Source of the DNA: Octopus vulgaris
Taxonomy: Eukaryota
NCBI GenBank assembly: GCA_951406725.2
Contig: OX597817.1
Span: 102,548,001-102,612,000 of the forward strand
DNA: 64,000 bases
Direction: 5' to 3'
Part shown: positions 56,459 to 64,000 of the stretch, in pieces
Position numbering within the stretch: position 1 is the stretch's first letter
Layout of the letters: each line of letters starts with the position of its first letter
Program-made: the position numbers and the translations under genes
Notes under the pieces: model-generated
The model's input: the letters and a program-made list of their open reading frames with translations, nothing else
Told to the model about the DNA's origin: nothing
Database searches by the model: none

Positions 56459-56721
56459 ATTATTATTATTATTATGTCTGGGGAGAGTCATTCTCTTTTA
56501 GTGCCTTATTATTTAACACACTCTCCAGATCGATTTCCACTCATTTACTTTTCCGTTGCGTGTTGCAACCTTTTCAGTAGTCGTCAACGATGAGTGGAAA
56601 TCGAACCGGTGTTAAATAATTAGACACTAAAAGAGAATGACTCCCCTCCACCCGACACAATAAAATATGCTTCAGCACACGAATTCACATAAAGAATCTT
56701 GCAAACCAAATACAAAAAACG

Positions 56722-56790
<69 letters not shown>

Positions 56791-56849
56791 TGTGTGTGTG
56801 TGTGAATGAAGATGTGGTTCAGATGATCGAGCAACTGAATATTCAGAAG

Positions 56850-57670
56850 TCTTCATGTTCATTTGCAATGAGCTCATCCATTAGCCGGTCACAATTCCCA
56901 CATAAAAAAAAAGAACGAGCCATGAAGATGCTTCTTGGAGATGGCGCAGAAAACATACACTTTTGGTGAGTGACTCTTATGCTCAACTGTGGCATGGGGA
57001 TTTTCTTTGCCCCGAATGCAAACATTATGCTTATTGACTTTGCCATTCATATGAAATGTGGCCTCATCACTGAAAACAAGACGTTCCTTGAACTCAGCTT
57101 CAAGTTTCTCTTGCATATCAACACAGAGTTGTTTGCGCTTTCGCTTGTCATCTGCCGTTATGGCCTGAAGGAGCTGCAGCTTGTAGAGTTTCATTAGCAA
57201 GCGTTTCCTCTGGACGCGCCAAGATATGGTTGGAGGAATCTGGTTTTCTAGACTCGTTCTTATTATGGACTTCTTGGGGCTTCGCATGAGTTTTTGGCGA
57301 ACCTGCTCGATCGTCTCTTCCGATGTTAATGGTCGTTCAGATCCTTTAGTCCTGCACAGACAGCCTTCCTCTTTGAATTTTTTGTGTCATGTCCAAATCT
57401 GCATTGCCATTGGTGATATTTTAGAGAATTGTCTCACAAATGCACGCTGCACAGTCTTGTTCGACTGTATTTGAGCATACTCCAACACACAAATCGCCTT
57501 CTCTCTTCTAGTGAATGCCATTTCTATACCTGAAAAGATAAACATATCAAACATTAAACATAAAATTTTAACCCGTTTCTACACATGCTGTTAAAATTTG
57601 AAGTCATTTGAACAAGAACTGGCAAAGTTATTAGACTGCGAAATGATATAAAATTTTTTGAAACACCCTG
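56850..57670 (-). mobile_element. Tc1-like (rosa/DD41D-type) transposon, 3'-truncated
   Basis: TIR starting CAGGGTGTTTCAAAA after TA; ORF from 57521 MAFTRREKAICVLEYA..., FSDEATFH.NGKVNKHN. Confidence 0.9.
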
Positions 57671-57839
57671 TATTTCGCTAAGCACTTGACCAAATTTTTA
57701 CTGAGAAAATATGTCATATCGTGTCACTAAAGACAGCACCTTTGATTTCACTAATGCTATTTTCATAAACTTCACGTCTCTCTTTCTCTCTCTCTCTCTC
57801 CCTCTCTCTCTCTCTCTCTGTATATCTTTTATCTTTATC

Positions 57840-58340
57840 GTTTACTTATTTCAGTCGTTAGACTGCGGCCATGCTGGGGCACCGCCTTGAAGAATTTTTA
57901 GTCAAATGTACTGATCCCAGTACTTTTGTTTTAAGCCCGGTACTTATTCTATCGGTGTCTTTTGCCGAACCGCTAAGTTACAGAGACATAAACACACCAC
58001 CACCGATTGTCAAGCGGTGGTGGGTGACAAACTCAGACACAAACACATAGATATATGTTTAGGATGACAGGAAAGTTAATATTGGCATGAGTGAAACTTA
58101 ATGTTGAAAATGCACAACTATAGATACATACACACAGATCAATAATCGTTTAAAATTTTTAGCACAAGGTCAGCATTTTCATGGGAGGCTCTAAGTCGAT
58201 TACATCTATCCCAGTATTCAACTGGTACTGATTTCATTAACACCGATAAGATGAAAGGCAAAATTGATCTCGGCAGAACTTGAACTCAGAACGTAACGGC
58301 GGACGAAATGCCGCTAAACATCTTGCCCGGCGTGCTAGCG
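57840..58340 (-). mobile_element. SINE family A 3' part (57840-58050) and SINE family B (58145-58340)
   Basis: Homology to other copies in the window. Confidence 0.75.
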
Positions 58341-60401
58341 ATTCTGTCAGCTCGCCGCTTTACACACACTTCAATAATAACAGGCTGATAGGTTCGTTGC
58401 AGGGATATAGAATTGAGCTACTTTGATAAACTTGAAAGTTTATACCACATGAGATTGAATTCGAATTCATGCTGACCAGGTTAATTATCCTGGGCCCTAC
58501 TCGTTCATTCAGGTATTTTTCTCTTAAAATCGAGTGACTTTTAAAAAATCAGTTCTTCCCTTAATTTTTTTTTTTTTTGTGTCATGAAATGTATGGTTAT
58601 ATCTTTCCCTGGATAGGACACCTGTTTATTGCAAATAGCATCGCCAGATAACGTGACAGAGGTTTATAGAATTAAATATATTGCTTAGATACACAACAAA
58701 GTGTCTGGAATGAAACTGAGTGGAACAGCTTGCTTTGTAATTCCATGTCCACTCAGCTAGTTTACATTAAGCCTCAACATATAACCCAACATGAAAATGT
58801 TTACATATAAAATCGAGGAAATACAGTTTGGGAAAGTAAATATACGCACACACACATACACATAAACAGCTACAAACATACTCATTCGCATATATTTAAT
58901 TCTAAAATCTCAGCAATAATTCTTTTACAAACTCTGCCGACTATTGCTATATTCCTCCCACATCCGAATTGCTATTATTAAATGCGAAGACTTTTCGAAA
59001 GTGGAGGATTAAGTAAGTAAGATGTAAATATTTGCCAGTTCACTTTCTTTGGAACTGAAATGAATTCAAAACTCTATTTTCTTTGTTGTCTTCTTAAACA
59101 AACAATATCATTATATAAATATGAGACATTTCAACATTAAACATCTGCATCTGGATTTCGTTTTTATTGAACGATGGTGCATTCAGTAATGAATGTGTAT
59201 ATAAAATGTATATAAAGCCATAAGTCTAATTTCTTGTTTGCATGTACGTATGTTTATGTTTATATATATATATATTCATTTATTTATTTATTTATTTATC
59301 AATATGTGTATATATGTACGTACATACGCGCGCTCACGTGTGTGTAGCATGTACTGCGGCTTTCTAACATTTGTTACATGCCTTCTTCTCTGTCAGTAAT
59401 GTTGACGGTACCGATACAGGTACAAAGAAAATTTTTATAAGACCTTCAAGCCATTTCAATGGCTTTAGTGACATGCGTGTATGAAGTTGGAATAAATACT
59501 TAAAATATAAGTTTAAATGTAGTCATTGACTCAAAACTGGTGGTGGCTTACCCACAACTCTATGCGCGGTAAGTTTTTCTTACATTGACACAAAGCCATA
59601 CATTTTGGGAAGATAGGTGCAGTGGATTTAATGGCTACTAGTATTTGACTGGCACTTTATTTTTATCTCCAAACGACAGATTATCTGTTTACAGAGAAAC
59701 TACTCCTTCTGCTAACATCTTTTGCCTAGTTGTTAGTAAGAAAAATTTCCAGTTACTCTTTGCTCCAACTTGCTGTCTCTTCTACTCGCCGAACCCCTCC
59801 AACCACAAGTAGTTACTTATCTCCCGCTCAAGGACCTCTATCTCAAACTGTTACTGAAATCATTATCCTTGATGATTGAAAGGCTTACGACTCAACTTAA
59901 CTTTCCTCCATCCCCTGCGGTGACACCACTCCCCCACATGTCGAACCGTTTAGAAAGATAGATATTAGGAAATAGCAGCCAAAACTCTCTCATATCACAT
60001 TGATCATCTGAGAAAAGAACACAGTGGATAATGTTTACCTAGATGGACTAATGTCTTAGCAAAGTACAAATTGATAGCGGATAGAATACCTTTGATATTA
60101 AAACTGCTCACTGAGGGCCGAGCTGGAGCTAAATAACAACACCTGTAGCAAGTAAAACAACAATACCAATTACAAAAGCATCATTAAGTAAAAAAAAAAA
60201 AAATGAAATGACAAAAGATTAAACGATTATCTTATGAACTTCATTAGCTTACAGTTGTTTCTGCTATAGGATGCAATGGACTAACAGTTGAGTGTCTGAG
60301 TAACACCTTATAGCTTCATCGGAGCCTAAAATATTCAATTTATTTGGAAATGAATTACATTTATGCGTGTACATAGACAAAAGCATTACGCGCACGCACG
60401 T

Positions 60402-60455
<54 letters not shown>

Positions 60456-61002
60456 GGGCATAATACATTATGTCTTCGATTTCCTTCCATAGTTATAGCA
60501 CTGGAAATAAAGATAGTAACAGAATATTATAGATTTCTTACATAGACATACAGTAACTGATATCGTTTCAAGACAAAGGTTTTCTAATAATTTCACCCTC
60601 TTTTCCATTCTTTCTTCGTCGGCATGTTAAACGCTTTAAAAAGAAATAAACAAAGAACAAATAAGGCAGAGAGTTAAGAACAAGAATAAGAAAAAGGAAA
60701 CGAAAAAGTTTTGTACGAAGACAAAACGACAAACTGAGAGGTCAAAGGTCGAAGAATTTAGTTTAGTCGATATTTTCTTGCAATAATGTAATCTTTCTTT
60801 GCGTGTCATTTTATTTGAAGGAAAAAATTATTCAAATTCCACAGATGAATTATCAGAACATTCTATTCTTTGGTGAAAGTGTCAGTCGACTATAATTAAG
60901 TATGGTATGTATATATGTGTGTGTTTACATAAATATATACATACATTTATATATATCTAAGTATGCATATGTATATATACGTATGTGTGTGTTTGTGCGT
61001 GC

Positions 61003-61087
<85 letters not shown>

Positions 61088-61105
61088 TATATGTATGTAT
61101 GTACT

Positions 61106-61219
61106 GCGAAAATTTGGTACAAATTACCGGGTCATACTCTCTTACGAGTGACGGAATATATACATATATTCCGTCACTCGCAAGCGAGTATGAACCGGTA
61201 ATTTGTACCAAATTTTCGC
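61106..61219. repeat. 114-bp foldback palindrome (56-bp arms, 3 mismatches, 2-nt loop)
   Basis: GCGAAAATTTGGTACAAATTACCGG...CCGGTAATTTGTACCAAATTTTCGC. Confidence 0.95.
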
Positions 61220-61612
61220 TAATTGTTTAAGTGATTATGTAGTTGCGAGCAGATATAGACACGCTCTCACCGCTACCACATTTGGCTCTACGGAACATGG
61301 AAGATAAAACAGCGGAAGGGAGAGAGTCCTGCACCAGTTGCCACTTGGTCAACGAAATGTTGTGCCTTCCTCAAGGATTCAAGTCGATGCTCATCCAGGA
61401 AATCAAACCCAAGACCCTATGACAATGATTCTAACACCTTAACTACTAAACCACGCACCTTCATACACACGCACATGCACATACACCGCACACACACACA
61501 CACACACACACACACATGCATCCTTAAATAGAATCTGTCTAAAGGTTCTGTAAACAAGAGTTCAGGGTGTCATGATTGTTTCAGACAGAAACCGAACACG
61601 TACAAGTGAAGG

Positions 61613-61684
<72 letters not shown>

Positions 61685-61802
61685 CGCACACACACACATA
61701 TATATATATATAGGGAGAGTTTACGAAAAAATCAAAAGACGAAGACAGGTGGTGTACAAAACAAACAGATGTATTAGTATAACGCTCAGGAACAGAAAAA
61801 AG

Positions 61803-61840
61803 TCTTTTACGTTTCGAGCCATCGCTCTTCTACAGAAAGG
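61803..61840 (-). ncRNA. Minimal type I hammerhead variant (core CUGUAGA)
   Basis: CUUU-CUGUAGA-A-GAGC(GAUG)GCUC-GAAACGUA-AAAG. Confidence 0.7.
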
Positions 61841-62867
61841 GACATACAAAAAACAAGGAGAGAAACAAGGAGAGAGAATAATGTGTGTAGTGGCTAACGA
61901 TCTATCATGGCGACTGCCAGACAGAAGGGTCACACACGAGAGGGAAGAAGTAGGGGAGATAACAAAGTAAAGATGACCCCCAACACGAAGGTGTGTGTGT
62001 GTATAAGAGAGTATGTATGTGCGTGTGAATGAGGGCTGGTGGTCTGGACGTGTGTATGTATGTGTAGGTGTGAAAATGTGGGGATGGTGTGTGGGTTGTG
62101 TGTTGTGATATAATGTGTAATGTTGTATGGTGTAGTGTGGTGTGGTGTGATGTTGAGAGGTGGGGGAGGCAGAGTGGGGAAAGCACGGGTGGGCTGTGGG
62201 TTCGGCTGAGGGCTGGGGTTTATGGGTAGGCAGAGGGTGGGGATAGAGGTGGGGTATGTGGAAGAGGGTGTGTGGTGTGGGATGGGAAGTTTAGGGAAGG
62301 TGGAGTAGGAATGTGCAGGGGTGGGGTGGGCTTATGGGGAGGGGAAGGTGGGTATGTGAAGAGAGAGAGGAGGAGAGAAGCGAGAAAGAGAGTAAGAGAG
62401 AAGAAAGAAAGAGAGGGGGAATGAGTAAGAGAGAAGAGAGAAAGAGAATAAGAGAGAAGGGAGAAAGAGGGAAGAGAGAAAGAGAGTAAGAAAGAAGAGG
62501 GAAAGAGGGGAGAGAAAGAGAGAAAGAGCGAAGGAGAGTGAGAAGAGAGAAAGAGAAAAGAGAGAAAGAGAGTAAGAGAGAAGAGGGAAAGAGAGTAGGG
62601 GTGAAGAGAAATAGGAGTGAAGAAAAGGAGGAGTCGGAGCAAGAGAGGAAAGTTGGGTGGCAGGAAGTAGGAGGGAGGGAGAGAGAGAGGAGAGAAAGAG
62701 CGTAAGAGAGAAGAGAGAAAAAGAGAAGAGAGAAAGAGAGTAAGAGAGAAGAGGGAAAGAGAATAGGGGTGAAGAGAAGTAGGAGTGAAGAGAAGTAGGA
62801 GTTGGGGCAATAGAGGAGAGTTGGGTGGGAGGAAGTGGGGGAGGAGGAGAGAGGCAAGGGGAGGAGG

Positions 62868-63323
62868 TTAGAGGAAGAGGGAAGGAGAGTTGAGCCCAAA
62901 TGACGTAAAGGAGCGAAGAGAGAAGATTAATCCCTGTTCAGGGCGCAAACGGGAGTCAGGATGGTCTCTGTGCAAGGATAATCCGAACACTGACAGGTGT
63001 TGCAAAGAGTGACCGGTAGAGCGGAAATGGCGTGAGATCGGGGTGTCATTGCCGAGGCGGATGTCTCGGAGGTGTTCCACGAACCGGTCAGCCAAGCGGC
63101 GTCCCGTTTGTCCGATGTACAGAAAATGGCAGAGAGAGCAGGAGATGCAACAGATGATATTGCTGGAGGTGCAGGTGAAGGAGTCGGTGATGCGATAGGG
63201 TCGATGATGGGTGCCGATAAGGAGAGTGGTGTTGGAGAGGTAAGGGCAAGTGCGGCAGCGTGGGCGGGAGCAGGGGAACAAGCCAGGTTGGGAGGTAGGG
63301 TTGGGGAAGAAGCTGTGGACCAA
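62868..63323 (-). CDS. Penelope-type GIY-YIG endonuclease (partial ORF of the element)
   Basis: FTCTSSNIICCISC..C..LYIGQTGRRLADRFVEH..DI......ISRHF...GH...EQ.LI..L....GLN. Confidence 0.9.
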   Translation of the reverse strand: MVHSFFPNPTSQPGLFPCSRPRCRTCPYLSNTTLLIGTHHRPYRITDSFTCTSSNIICCISCSLCHFLYIGQTGRRLADRFVEHLRDIRLGNDTPISRHFRSTGHSLQHLSVFGLSLHRDHPDSRLRPEQGLIFSLRSFTSFGLNSPSLFL

Positions 63324-64000
63324 GAGGTCTTGTAGGTTGTGGGCTCGTTTGAAGGCGGGAAGAGGTCGGTTAGGGAAGATGTGTGATTTGGACGGGTCGG
63401 ACTATGATGCTGGAAAGCTCGGAGAATGGTGCGTTGGAGAGGTAGGGTGGTGGGATGGTAGGTGAGGGGAAAAGGGAGGCGAACTAGGAACCCTTACCAC
63501 ATCATTCCCAGAACCATTCACTTCTAAATCTTCCGTAAACAACTGCCACATACAAAACGGAACCCAAAACTGCCATTATTCCTTCCGTGAGAGGATGTGT
63601 TTGTGAGAAGACTGTCTTTTCACTCACCTCCCACGTACTAGACGTATCAACTATGGAACATCCATGAACAGACAACCACATCACACTCCTCTTACACAAG
63701 CAAAACGGAATCCTAATATCTGCTGCTACTCTCTTCATGAGAGAATATGTTTGCAACAAAGCTGCCCTTTTACCTACCTACCGGAAACTAGACAGTCCAT
63801 TAGTAAATATAGTGACACTAAGAAAAGTGGTAATACTGTGAGTGCTCCACCCAACAGATGCAACCACGCCAAACCTGCTCCTTATCCCAACTCCAAACAG
63901 TCCAATCACCACAATAACTGTATCGCTTACTACGGCAAAAATGGTTCCTTTCCTCCACATAAACCGAGGAACAGAAAACCAAGCCGAAAAAGCAAATGCA

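Larger units (their letters stand above)
61713..63490 (-). mobile_element. 5'-truncated Neptune-type Penelope-like element
   Basis: RT thumb/linker (LTYHP, IFPNRPLPAFKRAHNLQDLLV), Cys motif CSRPRCRTC, GIY-YIG domain, long low-complexity 3' region, terminal hammerhead motif; ends in (TA)n. Confidence 0.9.

Noticed and set aside
63500-64000. Non-repetitive sequence at the window end with short ORFs
   Set aside because: No recognisable motif or splice chain; cannot be assigned from this window

Overview
AT-rich, repeat-dense eukaryotic (metazoan) DNA. The SINE families and microsatellite load look like a coleoid cephalopod (Octopus-like) genome; this is an inference from recognition, not a search result. 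Most ORF-track entries are microsatellite artefacts. Transposable elements seen: a decayed near-full-length RTE LINE, R4/Dong LINEs in (TAA)n, L1/Tx1 and CR1-like fragments, Penelope-like elements (a Neptune-type GIY-YIG ORF and a Naiad-type fragment), mariner, Tc1/rosa, hAT MITEs, a non-autonomous Helitron and many tRNA-derived SINEs. Phase-compatible minus-strand exons (19.0-31.3 kb, plus three more at 49.8-56.3 kb) suggest an unrecognised, possibly partly pseudogenised gene. The most striking signal is RNA structure. There are several Penelope-type hammerhead ribozyme motifs. Two sequence-unrelated microsatellite-embedded inserts (4.1 kb and 6.7 kb) carry hammerhead core motifs and five matching helices in a strand order that is not type I, II or III, a candidate undescribed pseudoknotted hammerhead topology. 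All folds and splice models were derived by eye and are untested. Boundaries of decayed repeats are approximate.
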